Shown piece by piece: positions 9,998-19,919 of a stretch of DNA of 64,000 nt (positions within the stretch are counted from its first letter, which is position 1; each line of letters opens with the position of its first letter). The notes under the pieces are model-generated. The model was not told the origin of the DNA. It searched no databases and saw only the letters and a list, made by a program, of their open reading frames with translations. The translations under genes were made by a program, and so were the position numbers. The stretch comes from Nitrospirota bacterium (GTDB taxonomy: Bacteria > Nitrospirota > UBA9217), in the NCBI GenBank assembly GCA_035623825.1, contig DASPSR010000007.1, forward strand, positions 32,001-96,000, written 5' to 3'.

Positions 9998-10513
9998 ATG
10001 AAAAAGGTATTGATCGCAGTAGATGAAACAGAAGGTTCAAAATCAGTATTGTCGGTATTTCGCAATATGGTGCGTCCACCCGAAAGTGTGGTGCTAGTCC
10101 ATGTGCAGCAGCTCGAAGGCAAGTCCCTCATGATCGACATGCTAGGTGACGCGGAGCTGAACACGCTTCGGGAAGCTCTGAGAGGCACGGAGTTCAAAGA
10201 GGCGCTTGACCGGAAGTCGGAAAGGATCCTGAACTACTACCGTAAGGAAATTGAGAACGGCGGTTTGGTCAGCGTGAAGACGGTAATCAGGGACGGAATC
10301 GCCTCTGAAGAGATACTGAAGGTGGCCCAGGAAGAGGGTGTGGACCTCATTGTCACTGGCTATAATGGGAAGTCCGTCATGCAAAGGCTTTTCACCGGCT
10401 CACTCAGTAAAGAGATGGAGAAGAATGCACCGGTACCGGTCCTTGTGGCGAAGGAACCCACAGAAAAAGAGAAGTATGCTTGGACAGCCGCTGCCGCAAT
10501 GCATTCGAAGTGA
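9998..10513 (+). CDS. universal stress protein
   Basis: MKKVLIAVD...DLIVTG...GSLS...APVPVLV. Confidence 0.9.
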   Translation: MKKVLIAVDETEGSKSVLSVFRNMVRPPESVVLVHVQQLEGKSLMIDMLGDAELNTLREALRGTEFKEALDRKSERILNYYRKEIENGGLVSVKTVIRDGIASEEILKVAQEEGVDLIVTGYNGKSVMQRLFTGSLSKEMEKNAPVPVLVAKEPTEKEKYAWTAAAAMHSK

Positions 10514-10560
10514 GGTCGTTAAGCAGTCGGCTAGTCGTTCACATGTTTCTTAACACAATT

Positions 10561-10633
10561 CATGTAATTCTGAGCGAAGCGAAGGATCTCTGGTTTCCAT
10601 AATCGAGTCCTTCGCTTCGTTGTGTGTGACATG
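10561..10633. repeat. degenerate REP-like palindromic element
   Basis: CGAAGCGAAGGA(T)CTC 10575-10590 pairs with GAGTCCTTCGCTTCG 10605-10619; outer CATGT/ACATG. Confidence 0.55.
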
Positions 10634-10719
10634 CAAAATACAATATCAAATCTTCAATGATTTCAGTGCCTACAGGGCCTGAAATAGCAGGCGTCCAAAT
10701 TATATTTAGGAGGGGGGGA

Positions 10720-11217
10720 ATGAAGAAGGTTTTAATGGCGATAGACGAGACAGCAGGTTCAAAATCCGTGCTGTCCGTCTATAAAACCATGGTTCAGGAA
10801 CCGGAAAACGTGATCCTGGTCCATGTGCAGCGGCTCGAGGGCAAGTCCATGATGAAGGATATGCTTGGCGAGTCCGAGTTGAAGGCCTTGAAGGAGTCGA
10901 TGCGGGGCACGAAGTACAAAGCGGAGCTTAACCGGAAGTCAGAAAATATTACGAGCTTCTACAAGAGGGAGATTGAGAACGGCGGTTCGGTCAAGGTGAC
11001 TACCCTGGTGAGGGAAGGCATCCCCTCGGAGGAGATTCTGAGGGTCGCCCAGGAGGAGAAGGTCGATCTGATTATTATGGGCCGCAACGGAAATACTGGG
11101 CTCCGACGATTTTTTGCCGGATGCGTTACTAAAGAAGTAGAACGAAGTGCAACAGCGCCCGTGCTTGTCGCAAAGACGGCTGGGTATAAAAAATTATTAC
11201 AATATGGCTGGAGGTAA
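10720..11217 (+). CDS. universal stress protein
   Basis: MKKVLMAID...DLIIMG...APVLV; start at ATG 10720 behind AGGAGG. Confidence 0.88.
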   Translation: MKKVLMAIDETAGSKSVLSVYKTMVQEPENVILVHVQRLEGKSMMKDMLGESELKALKESMRGTKYKAELNRKSENITSFYKREIENGGSVKVTTLVREGIPSEEILRVAQEEKVDLIIMGRNGNTGLRRFFAGCVTKEVERSATAPVLVAKTAGYKKLLQYGWR

Positions 11218-11221
11218 GCTT

Positions 11222-12319
11222 ATGCTGCATGGTAGCATTGTTTCTTTTGGGACCGCGATCTTGGCCGGTCTTGCACTTGGTTACATTCTGCAGAAGGGGC
11301 GTTTTTGCCTCAATTCGGCGTTTCGGGATATCATCTTCGTCAAGGATTATACGCTTTTCCGATCATACCTTTTCGCCGTGGTCATATCGATTGTGGGTTC
11401 AAATCTGATGGAAGACTTGAAGCTACTCCAGGTCATTAATATTGACACAGGGACATTGGAGGCCACGAACCTCATGCGCCAGACTTTTGTTCCTGTTGCG
11501 AACATCCTTGGAGGTTTTCTGTTCGGCATTGGGATCGTGCTTGCCGGAGGATGTGCAAGCGGCATCGTGTATCGTATCGGCGAAGGCCAGTTGTCTGCCA
11601 TGGTGGCGATTCTTGGTTTCTTTTTCGGTGCAGTGATGACGGCTGACGGCCTCCTAAGTCCTGTCAACAACTTTCTCAAAAGTTTTCGAGTCGAGATCAA
11701 CGGCACGACGAGCCCGGCCATATGGGACCTTTTCGGAGGCGGTCCAGTGCTGAAATGGCTTACTATCGCGATTTTCTCCTTCGGTGTTCTGACGTTTGTG
11801 TTTGCGGGCAAGCCGACATTCAAGTCGAAGTCGAAAGGATTCGCCTGGGGTACAACCGGTGTCCTGATCGGCGTGCTTACCATCGCATCATGGTGGGTAT
11901 CTTCCTATTTCGGCGGCGCCCCGCGCGGCATGGCCGTGAGCGGGCCGGTCAGGGAGTTCTTCTATGTCCTGCTTACCAAGAGCACGCATTCCAGCTTCCC
12001 TGAATTTAGCTTCCTCGGCATCTTCCGCGGGTCATGGGGTATGTTCTTCATTCTTTCCGTGCCATTCGGCGCGTGGCTGAGCGCACTGAGCCTCAAGGAA
12101 TTCAAATGGAAGATCCCGCCCGCGGCGGAGTTCCTTACAGTGTTCTTCGGAAGCATCCTGATGGGGATCGGCGCGGTCATCGCCGGTGGCTGCAACATCG
12201 GTCACGGCGTTACCGGCATGTCAACAATGGCGGTTTCGAGCCTCGTGGCAATTATCGCCATCATCCTCGGCAACTGGACCATGGTCTACTTCAAGCTGAT
12301 CAGGCCCATGCAGGAGTAA
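11222..12319 (+). CDS. YeeE/YedE family thiosulfate/sulfur-compound transporter
   Basis: Multiple TM helices; the three conserved Cys motifs GRFCL, LAGGCASG, IAGGCNIG. Confidence 0.9.
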   Translation: MLHGSIVSFGTAILAGLALGYILQKGRFCLNSAFRDIIFVKDYTLFRSYLFAVVISIVGSNLMEDLKLLQVINIDTGTLEATNLMRQTFVPVANILGGFLFGIGIVLAGGCASGIVYRIGEGQLSAMVAILGFFFGAVMTADGLLSPVNNFLKSFRVEINGTTSPAIWDLFGGGPVLKWLTIAIFSFGVLTFVFAGKPTFKSKSKGFAWGTTGVLIGVLTIASWWVSSYFGGAPRGMAVSGPVREFFYVLLTKSTHSSFPEFSFLGIFRGSWGMFFILSVPFGAWLSALSLKEFKWKIPPAAEFLTVFFGSILMGIGAVIAGGCNIGHGVTGMSTMAVSSLVAIIAIILGNWTMVYFKLIRPMQE

Positions 12320-12337
12320 ACTACAGCCCCCTTAAAC

Positions 12338-12378
12338 AAGGACGGTCCCGGCAGTTTTGCGGAACCGTCCTTTTTTTT
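12338..12378 (+). terminator. intrinsic terminator after the USP-YeeE operon
   Basis: AAGGACGGT...ACCGTCCTT stem followed by T run. Confidence 0.75.
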
Positions 12379-12597
12379 GCATCATATGATGAAATAAAAG
12401 GGGATTGAAGGATAATAAAGTCGTTTATAATACTTGTGTTTTTCACAGCCTGACAATTCGTCTTACCTTCTTTGCCAAGGTTCGTTCAAAAGCGCGTCCT
12501 TCCTGTAAAATTAGCTTTTTTTGTCTTGCTAATTCCCCTTTCAGGTGTTATTCTTTTTCTAAGTAACAAAGAACAAATCTCTAATAATTCTGCACAC

Positions 12598-13944
12598 ATG
12601 TTGGACAAATTATTAAAAGACCCGCGGTTTTTGCCTGAAGTGTTTGAGACCATGAGGGACGGCCTTATGGTAGTGGATAACAAAGGCCGTATCCTCTTGT
12701 TCAATCGTGCAGCTGAAGAAATAACCGGGTATCGAAAAGATGAGGTTATCGGAAAAGAATGCACTGTTTTTCAATGTGACACCTGCGTGGTCATAAATGA
12801 TTCCGAGGGCCAGCGAGACCGTCAGAAGGATAGATTCGAATCTACTTACAATAAGCGATGCCGGATACGGTCGGCGGACGGAAGGTCTGTTCTTCTGTTA
12901 AAGAATGCCGTTGTAATTCGGGATGACAATGGCGAGATACTTGGTACCGTTGAGTCGATGACAGATATTACATCGCTATACAACAAGGAATTGGAACTGC
13001 AGGGCCTGAAGGAGGATTTGAGACAGGACTACTGGTTCATGGGGCTTTTGGGGAAGAGCGTACCCATGCAGAGATTGTACGAGCACGTACGGAATGCTGC
13101 TGTGAGTGAAGCCCCTGTCCTTATTATCGGAGAAAGCGGTTCTGGCAAAAACCTTGTCGCACACGCCATACACAAACTGAGCAGGCGAAGGGATGGACCG
13201 TTCATCCAGATGAACTGCGCGTCACTGAACGAACAGCTTCTCGAAAGCGAGCTCTTTGGCCACAAGAAAGGTTCCTTCACCGGCGCGGTCAGCGACCGGA
13301 TAGGAAGATTCGAGGCGGCCCATGAGGGGGGGATTTTCCTTGACGAGATCGGAGATATGCCGATGACGATGCAGGTTAAGCTCCTCAGGGTTCTTGAAGA
13401 AAAAGTCGTGGAACGTGTGGGAGACCAGAAGCCGATTCCTGTGAACATTAGGCTCATTTCAGCCACCAACAAGGACCTCGCCAGCCTAATCCACGCAGGC
13501 AAGTTCAGGGAAGACCTCCTTTACCGGATAAATTCCATAGTTATCAACGTACCACCGTTACGGGAGCGAAAAGAAGACATTCCACTCATTGCTCTCCACT
13601 ACCTGCGGAAGATATCCTCGGTAAATAATAAAGAGATCCGCAGCATCAGCCCTTCTGCGATGGAGATTCTGATGGACTTCCCCTGGCCGGGCAACGTTCG
13701 GCGTCTCATCAATGCCCTTGAACACAGCGCCGCCACTTGTAAAAGCGATACTCTTGAGGTCTCGGACCTTCCGGACTATCTCACCTACGAAAAAAAAACG
13801 GAAACGAACGAAAGCCGCATCGACATCGAGGAGATCCGCTCCACCCTTTCTCTGTATAAAGGCAACAGGACGCTTGCGGCAAAGCACCTCGGGATAAGCA
13901 GAGTTACTCTCTGGAAAAGACTGAAGGCACTTGGCATCGATTGA
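12598..13944 (+). CDS. PAS-domain sigma54-dependent transcriptional activator (paralog of 7748-9094)
   Basis: VFETMRDGLM PAS start, GESGSGK, GSFTGA, HLGISRVTLWKRLK, all shared with the first copy. Confidence 0.92.
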   Translation: MLDKLLKDPRFLPEVFETMRDGLMVVDNKGRILLFNRAAEEITGYRKDEVIGKECTVFQCDTCVVINDSEGQRDRQKDRFESTYNKRCRIRSADGRSVLLLKNAVVIRDDNGEILGTVESMTDITSLYNKELELQGLKEDLRQDYWFMGLLGKSVPMQRLYEHVRNAAVSEAPVLIIGESGSGKNLVAHAIHKLSRRRDGPFIQMNCASLNEQLLESELFGHKKGSFTGAVSDRIGRFEAAHEGGIFLDEIGDMPMTMQVKLLRVLEEKVVERVGDQKPIPVNIRLISATNKDLASLIHAGKFREDLLYRINSIVINVPPLRERKEDIPLIALHYLRKISSVNNKEIRSISPSAMEILMDFPWPGNVRRLINALEHSAATCKSDTLEVSDLPDYLTYEKKTETNESRIDIEEIRSTLSLYKGNRTLAAKHLGISRVTLWKRLKALGID

Positions 13945-13962
13945 GGAGGTTCAGAGGAGGAT

Positions 13963-15609
13963 ATGAGGGGATATGCCGTCATCATAGGAGGTCTCGTGGC
14001 GGTTATTGCGATCCTCGCAACATTGAGTGTCTTTTTCCAGCGGACGCTCGAGACAGAGACAGCCGAACAATTCAACAAGCAGCAACTACTCCTTGCCAAT
14101 GCGGAAGCGTCGAACATCCAGACCTATATCAGCGGAATAAAGGAGGAAATGCTCAGCATCGCCAGAGCAATGTCGCAGTTCCAGGTCCGCAAGGAACCGG
14201 ATTGCAGGGTGCTGACCGATGTAGTCTTCAAAGATAACGATAACGTCAAAAAACGGGTAGAATTCCTTGACCGCAACGGGGAGATCTTTTTCAGCCGGGG
14301 AAACGTGCACGCCGAAGGACCCGATGAAAAAAAGATCATTAGCAGAGCGGCAAGATTATGCCCTGGCGACGTGCTGATGGAACAGAATCTGAAGATGATC
14401 TCCATAGTAGCTCCGATATGCCATTATGACTCCCTCATCGGCGCGGCGGTGCTTACCCTCGATATCCAGGACATCGCCAAGACCTTCCTCAGCTCCATAA
14501 AATCCGGTTCACGAGGATATGCATGGATGATGGATGAAAAAGGGAATCTCCTTTACCATCCGACGCAGCCCAACATGGTGGGCAGGAACCTATACAAGAC
14601 CGACTCATCCTGCTTTAAATGTCATAAGACCTTTGATACTGAGAAAAAAATCATCGAGGGAAGAGGCGACTATTTCGGACGGTATGTCGCACCGACCGGG
14701 GAAGACAAGGTCCTTGCCTTTTCTACCGTATCGGCCGGGAACGCACGGTGGATCGTGGCGGTATCGGCCCCCTATTCCGAGGTGACCCTATCGATCAAGC
14801 AGTCCATGCGATTCTACGCATGGATCATTATCCTGATCTTCGTGACGACCAGTGGCGTTGCCACCATGCTCATCATCCTAAACCGGAAACGGGAACAAGC
14901 AGAAGGACGGGCAAAACATGAGAAGGAGCTTGAGATGATGCATGCCGAAAAACTGGCATCCCTCGAACGATTGACCTCGGGCATTACCTCCGAAATAGGG
15001 AACCCGTTGACGTCCATCTTCTCTTTCGTGCAGATATTAACGGACATGGAGGAGGACGAATTTAAAAAGGAAACGCTCGAGACCATCTCTTTTCATATGA
15101 ACAGGATTGATGATATCCTGAAACAGCTTTCCGGTTTTTCGAAGGTGCCACCCCTTGAGATCAAACCGTGCAAAGTGAACGGCCTCATAGAGGATTCCCT
15201 TACCCTCCTCCAGTACGATAAGAGGGTGCAAAATATCACCATTATGAGGGACCTCGGGCTAGACATACCGGTGATCACCACGGACGGGAACCAGCTCTCT
15301 CAGGTCATTGTGAACATCATATTGAATGCCGTGGACGCAATGCCGAATGGCGGGACCCTAACGATTCGAAGCAGGCTTAAAGACAACGATGTAGAGATCG
15401 ATTTTGAAGATACGGGAGTTGGCATCTCTAAAGAGAACCTCGGAAACATCTTCGACCCGTTCTATACTACAAAAGAGAAGGGAACAGGTCTTGGCCTCGC
15501 CGTAAGCTACAGCATCATCAAGAAACTCAACGGAAGCCTCACGGTGGAAAGCGGCCCCGATAAGGGCTCCAGATTTGTGATAACCCTTCCCTTGAATGGG
15601 GCAAGGTAA
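13963..15609 (+). CDS. Cache-domain sensor histidine-kinase-like protein with CxxCH motif; H-box His replaced by Ser
   Basis: TM-Cache-TM, CFKCH, TSEIGNPL, N box ILNAVDAM, DTGVG, FDPFYTTK, GTGLGL. Confidence 0.85.
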   Translation: MRGYAVIIGGLVAVIAILATLSVFFQRTLETETAEQFNKQQLLLANAEASNIQTYISGIKEEMLSIARAMSQFQVRKEPDCRVLTDVVFKDNDNVKKRVEFLDRNGEIFFSRGNVHAEGPDEKKIISRAARLCPGDVLMEQNLKMISIVAPICHYDSLIGAAVLTLDIQDIAKTFLSSIKSGSRGYAWMMDEKGNLLYHPTQPNMVGRNLYKTDSSCFKCHKTFDTEKKIIEGRGDYFGRYVAPTGEDKVLAFSTVSAGNARWIVAVSAPYSEVTLSIKQSMRFYAWIIILIFVTTSGVATMLIILNRKREQAEGRAKHEKELEMMHAEKLASLERLTSGITSEIGNPLTSIFSFVQILTDMEEDEFKKETLETISFHMNRIDDILKQLSGFSKVPPLEIKPCKVNGLIEDSLTLLQYDKRVQNITIMRDLGLDIPVITTDGNQLSQVIVNIILNAVDAMPNGGTLTIRSRLKDNDVEIDFEDTGVGISKENLGNIFDPFYTTKEKGTGLGLAVSYSIIKKLNGSLTVESGPDKGSRFVITLPLNGAR

Positions 15610-15711
15610 AACCTTTGCAATGCTTATTTCTGAGAAACCTTTAGTCCATTGGTCAGACTGCCCCTTTGTCCCCTTTAAGAACAAAGGGACGGCACGTCAT
15701 GTATAGAGTGA

Positions 15712-16122
15712 TTACAGCGACTTAACGGTTGTTTCTTGCCATGAGCGTGCAACGAGACCGCCAAGTGCGCCAATAAGCATAGCTAATGGGACGAATATGA
15801 TAAAGGAAACTAAGACGCCGCCAAACGCGGCAAGACCCAGTCCTTGGGGTTTCAACAGATAGTTCAAAAGAAAAATACCTCCTTTTAACAGCACGTGGTC
15901 AATAAAGTATATACCTGCTCCCGTTGAAGCAGCTTGCCATATACCCCCAACCTTTTTCTTTATGACAAACCATCCTGCATAAAAAATTATGCAAATCCTG
16001 CCAATGTTATATAAAATATCTCCGAGACTATAAGGCAAGAAGGCGAGAAGAGTATTTACTAAAAAGAAATTGATTAGAACGAAGAAAATCGGACGTCTCA
16101 TCACAGCCAGGTATTTTTTCAT
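15712..16122 (-). CDS. hypothetical membrane protein (about 4 TM)
   Basis: Hydrophobic ORF, GGAG upstream, AT-richer than neighbours. Confidence 0.65.
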   Translation of the reverse strand: MKKYLAVMRRPIFFVLINFFLVNTLLAFLPYSLGDILYNIGRICIIFYAGWFVIKKKVGGIWQAASTGAGIYFIDHVLLKGGIFLLNYLLKPQGLGLAAFGGVLVSFIIFVPLAMLIGALGGLVARSWQETTVKSL

Positions 16123-16254
16123 AGCTTCACTCCCGATAATGATACCCTTCTTTCGTCCCTCTCTGCAGTAGCAAGCGAAATTTAAATGATTACCTCACAG
16201 CCTGTTCCCGCGAGCCAGTTTCATCTTCCTAATCGGAGAGGGCGCATCGAAAAG

Positions 16255-17739
16255 TCAAATTTGATGTCCGGAGGGTTTGATCGCCGTTGCGTTCAACTCC
16301 TTCTCCTGCCTGTGGAAAAGGTCCATTTTGAGCGCCAGCCAGAAGAGGCTTCTGATACTCTTCAAAACTACCTTCACGTCATTGATTGTCCTCAGACCAA
16401 ACAGTTTTTTAAACATAAAGGATGGCCTGAGGTAAAATCTCTTGAAGGCGATCTGCCGGAGCGTCTGGATATCCTCCCGCTTCATGGTCTTCGGTATGAA
16501 GGCCGCACCCTGATACGTAAAGTCTGAGAGTTCATTGGAAATCGCACCGTATCGTTCCAGATTGTCATATAGATAAGTGCCAGGGAACGGTGTTATGGCG
16601 TGAAAGTTTGCCATGTCTGGGTTCAGCTTGACCGCGAATTCGATTGTCTTAAGGCCTTCTTCAAATGTTTCACCTGGTATTCCGAACATGAAGGGAGTGC
16701 TGACCTTGAGGCCGACAGCGTGCGCAGTCCTTACGGCGTTCTCAATCTGATCCAGTGTTATGCCTTTTCTTATGGTATTGAGATTTTTTTGGACGCCGCT
16801 CTCTGCACCGAAGAGAATGGCCCAGCAGCCTGCATCCCGGAATGTCTCGAGAAGGGGCTTGTCTACCTGGTTGACACAGGCAGAGGCAAACCACGTAATC
16901 GCAAGTCGGCGCCTCTGGATCTCCTGTGCAATTTGCATTGCCCGCTCATAATCAGCTGCGAAGGTATCGTCCAGGAATTTTATCTCTTTATATCCCAGCT
17001 TTACGCAGAGTCCGATCTCTTTCATAACATTATCGACACTCCGGTAGCGGATCCCGCTCTTTCGGTCCTTGTCCAATTGAAAACAGTAAATACAATGCCT
17101 GTTACAGCCCCGGGAGGTTATCATCACGGCTACCGGTCTTTTCCGGTAGGTTCCCGGGGGAGGGATGTAGCGATTCGTGTCGCCAAGAAGCTCCCGCGCA
17201 GGGAACGGAAGGGAATCCAGATCGCTGATGAGCGGCCTCGGGGGGTTTTTGAAGACCCTGTTCCGCTCGCGATACACCACGCCCAGAACTCCTTCAAGGT
17301 TTCTGCCGCTCTGTAGCCGTTCGACGATCTCGAGGACAGTAAGCTCACCTTCACCGGTAACGATCGCATCGATTTCGGTTCCGGCGTCATCCAAGCAATG
17401 CTCCTGCACAGCAGTAGGATAAGGCCCGCCAGCACAGATAAAGCAACGTCCGTCAAACAATCTTTTCAGGTCAGCGGCGGTTTTCTTTGCTTTGTTCCAG
17501 CCAAAGGTCGTTGAGTAGATTCCGATAAAGTGAGGCCTGAATTGCTCAAGTTCGGCAAGGATCTGCTCGTGGGTCAGGAAAGCGCCATTGATAAACTTGA
17601 CGAAATGACCGGCATTCTGGAGAACGGCAGCCACGGACAGGGTACCGACCGGCTGCCAGTAGTTAATCTGCGAGCTTGCGGTCTTTGAGGAAAAGATCTC
17701 TTCGGGGATCCAGGCGGGTATGACAAGTGCGCACTTCAT
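16255..17739 (-). CDS. cobalamin-binding radical SAM protein
   Basis: N-terminal B12-binding-like domain (GGPYPT, GEGE), SRGCNRHCIYC, DDTF, FGAESG, TPFPGT. Confidence 0.9.
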   Translation of the reverse strand: MKCALVIPAWIPEEIFSSKTASSQINYWQPVGTLSVAAVLQNAGHFVKFINGAFLTHEQILAELEQFRPHFIGIYSTTFGWNKAKKTAADLKRLFDGRCFICAGGPYPTAVQEHCLDDAGTEIDAIVTGEGELTVLEIVERLQSGRNLEGVLGVVYRERNRVFKNPPRPLISDLDSLPFPARELLGDTNRYIPPPGTYRKRPVAVMITSRGCNRHCIYCFQLDKDRKSGIRYRSVDNVMKEIGLCVKLGYKEIKFLDDTFAADYERAMQIAQEIQRRRLAITWFASACVNQVDKPLLETFRDAGCWAILFGAESGVQKNLNTIRKGITLDQIENAVRTAHAVGLKVSTPFMFGIPGETFEEGLKTIEFAVKLNPDMANFHAITPFPGTYLYDNLERYGAISNELSDFTYQGAAFIPKTMKREDIQTLRQIAFKRFYLRPSFMFKKLFGLRTINDVKVVLKSIRSLFWLALKMDLFHRQEKELNATAIKPSGHQI

Positions 17740-17746
17740 ATAAATG

Positions 17747-19159
17747 TTATGTGCTTGCAAGGACCAATTCTTCAAGTTCGAGGGCGCCAGCAGAGCGGGA
17801 TTTTTTAATGACCTTCCCCGCGGTCTCTATGCCCGATCGTATCGCAACGTCCATATTGTAATAGCGGAACATGCCGCTTCTTCCTGCAATGTGAAGGTTG
17901 CTGAAGCGTCCCAGGTAGTCCTGCAGATGGTCGGCGTGTTTCCGGTAACCGACTTCGAAAAGCGGATATGCATTCGGCACGCGCACAACCATGCTGTCCA
18001 GGACCAGCTGTTCGTTGATAAAGCCGAGCCGGACAAGGTTCTTGACGGTGAGCTCCGCAAGCTTGTCATCTTGCATGTTCCAGATCGCATCGCCTCTAAA
18101 GCTGAAAAACTCCGTGATTAAAAGCGATTTGCCAGGAGGGGCCATGGCGGGGCTCCAGTTCGTCGGCTCATGGATCCTGCCGAAGGGGATCTTCTTTTCC
18201 GGGATATAGATCCATGTCTGGTTCGTGACCCGCTTTCGGTCCACCATGATTGCCACGACCACTAAATCACGGTATCTGAGCTTTGAAGCTGCTTCGAGGA
18301 TGGCGGGAGGGGGAGAAGGGTTGAGCATGCTCACGAGCTTTGTAACGGGAATGCTTGACACAAATTCATCAGCCGGTATTGTAAGCACCCGGCCCTGGTC
18401 CCGGACACAGATGCTCCCTACTCTGAAATCAGAGTGATTAACAAGTTGGACAATAGTATCGGTGAATACATCGTTGCTCTTTACGATCTCCTCCTTAAGC
18501 CGGTCGGACAGCCGCCCGATGCCGAGAAAGGGGTATAAAAAACTGTCTGTCAGGGTGGCCAAGTCTTTGCCGCTGAACTTAAAAAAAGCATTTTTAAGCG
18601 CTGTTCCCAGGGAGAGCCCTTTGATGCGCTGGGCAACCCATGTTGCGCTTATCCTGCTGCAATCGATGCCCCACACTTTTTCACTGTATTCCTTGAAATA
18701 GATATTGAACATGGTGCGACCGAAATTGCTGGTCACCCAGTCCTCGAGAGATACGGTCACATTATTTCGGATTGTTCTCCTGGTTGTTTGCCGTACGTAG
18801 TCAGCCAGGATCCGGGTGGTGGTCGGAATACCAAGACGGAACATCGCGTTGATCGGCCTCAGCGGATAGTCAAAATATCGATCGCGCAGGTAAATCTTGC
18901 TGCTGCGCTTGACGGTGAGCAATTCATCTCCCATCAGATTCCGCACAAAGGCATCGATCTGCTCGTCCTGAGTGAAAAACCGGTGACCTCCCAGATCAAA
19001 ACGGAACCCGTTTTTAACGATAGTTTTTGAGAGGCCGCCGACGACGGAATCGCGTTCGTACACCTTTACGCTGAACCCGGCATTCGACAAGACGTAACCG
19101 GCCGAAAGGCCGGAGAGACCACCGCCTAATATGATGATATCATGTAAAGTACCGTTCAC
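17747..19159 (-). CDS. FAD-dependent oxidoreductase (protoporphyrinogen oxidase/UDP-galactopyranose mutase-like superfamily)
   Basis: ILGGGLSGL, ERDSVVGG, RFDLGGHRFF, YSEKVWG, GRSGMFRYYNMD. Confidence 0.85.
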   Translation of the reverse strand: MNGTLHDIIILGGGLSGLSAGYVLSNAGFSVKVYERDSVVGGLSKTIVKNGFRFDLGGHRFFTQDEQIDAFVRNLMGDELLTVKRSSKIYLRDRYFDYPLRPINAMFRLGIPTTTRILADYVRQTTRRTIRNNVTVSLEDWVTSNFGRTMFNIYFKEYSEKVWGIDCSRISATWVAQRIKGLSLGTALKNAFFKFSGKDLATLTDSFLYPFLGIGRLSDRLKEEIVKSNDVFTDTIVQLVNHSDFRVGSICVRDQGRVLTIPADEFVSSIPVTKLVSMLNPSPPPAILEAASKLRYRDLVVVAIMVDRKRVTNQTWIYIPEKKIPFGRIHEPTNWSPAMAPPGKSLLITEFFSFRGDAIWNMQDDKLAELTVKNLVRLGFINEQLVLDSMVVRVPNAYPLFEVGYRKHADHLQDYLGRFSNLHIAGRSGMFRYYNMDVAIRSGIETAGKVIKKSRSAGALELEELVLAST

Positions 19160-19358
19160 GCTATTACCTGTGATATGGGGGAAAAGGTGCAGCGGAGAGG
19201 ATATTGCCTATTTCACGTGTGTCTGTCAGATGACAGCATGATAAAATCTGATGCAGCTCCCCTCTGATACTGCATCAACTCGCATGTCCGTGTCACCCTT
19301 TGCCGGAACGCAGATAGGGACTGCCGGATGCCAGCAAAGGAATTAATGTTTTCCCCGC

Positions 19359-19820
19359 CTACTTCACTATAAGTACGGGAATTTCAGCATTGTTCGCCAC
19401 TTCTCTACTAACGCTTCCCATGAAGAGGTGCGTGGTTCGTGTCCCCCGAGAGCCAACGATAATCAAATCCGCTTTTTCCTCCCTGGATGTTTTCAGGATT
19501 TCTTCGGCGGGGTGCCCTCTCTTGATGATCGTCGTGACACCTGTCAAGCCTTTATCCTCCAAGGCCTTCTTGTAATAATTCAGGATGGTCCGCGCTTTCC
19601 TGTCTAGTGCGTCCTGATATTCAGTCCCCTTCAGCATTTCTTTCAGGGTAGCCATTTCTGCGTTCCCGAGCATTTCATCGATGAGTGATTTGCCCTCGAA
19701 TTTTTCCACGTAGATCAGTGCGATTCGCTCGGGACGAATACAGGAGCAAATATTCGTGCACGCTGAAAAAGCATTTTTTGTGCCCTTGGTTTCGTCCACT
19801 GCAATGAGTATCCTGTTCAT
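19359..19820 (-). CDS. universal stress protein
   Basis: MNRILIAVD...DLIIVGSRG...MGSVSREV...PVLIV. Confidence 0.9.
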   Translation of the reverse strand: MNRILIAVDETKGTKNAFSACTNICSCIRPERIALIYVEKFEGKSLIDEMLGNAEMATLKEMLKGTEYQDALDRKARTILNYYKKALEDKGLTGVTTIIKRGHPAEEILKTSREEKADLIIVGSRGTRTTHLFMGSVSREVANNAEIPVLIVK

Positions 19821-19919
19821 GATTTCTCCGTTAATCAGCGATGGTCCCGAAACGACCAGTTAAATTATGGGAACTTTATGTGTCGCAATGAGAAAAGTCA
19901 CGGATGCTGGTTCCGGGCA

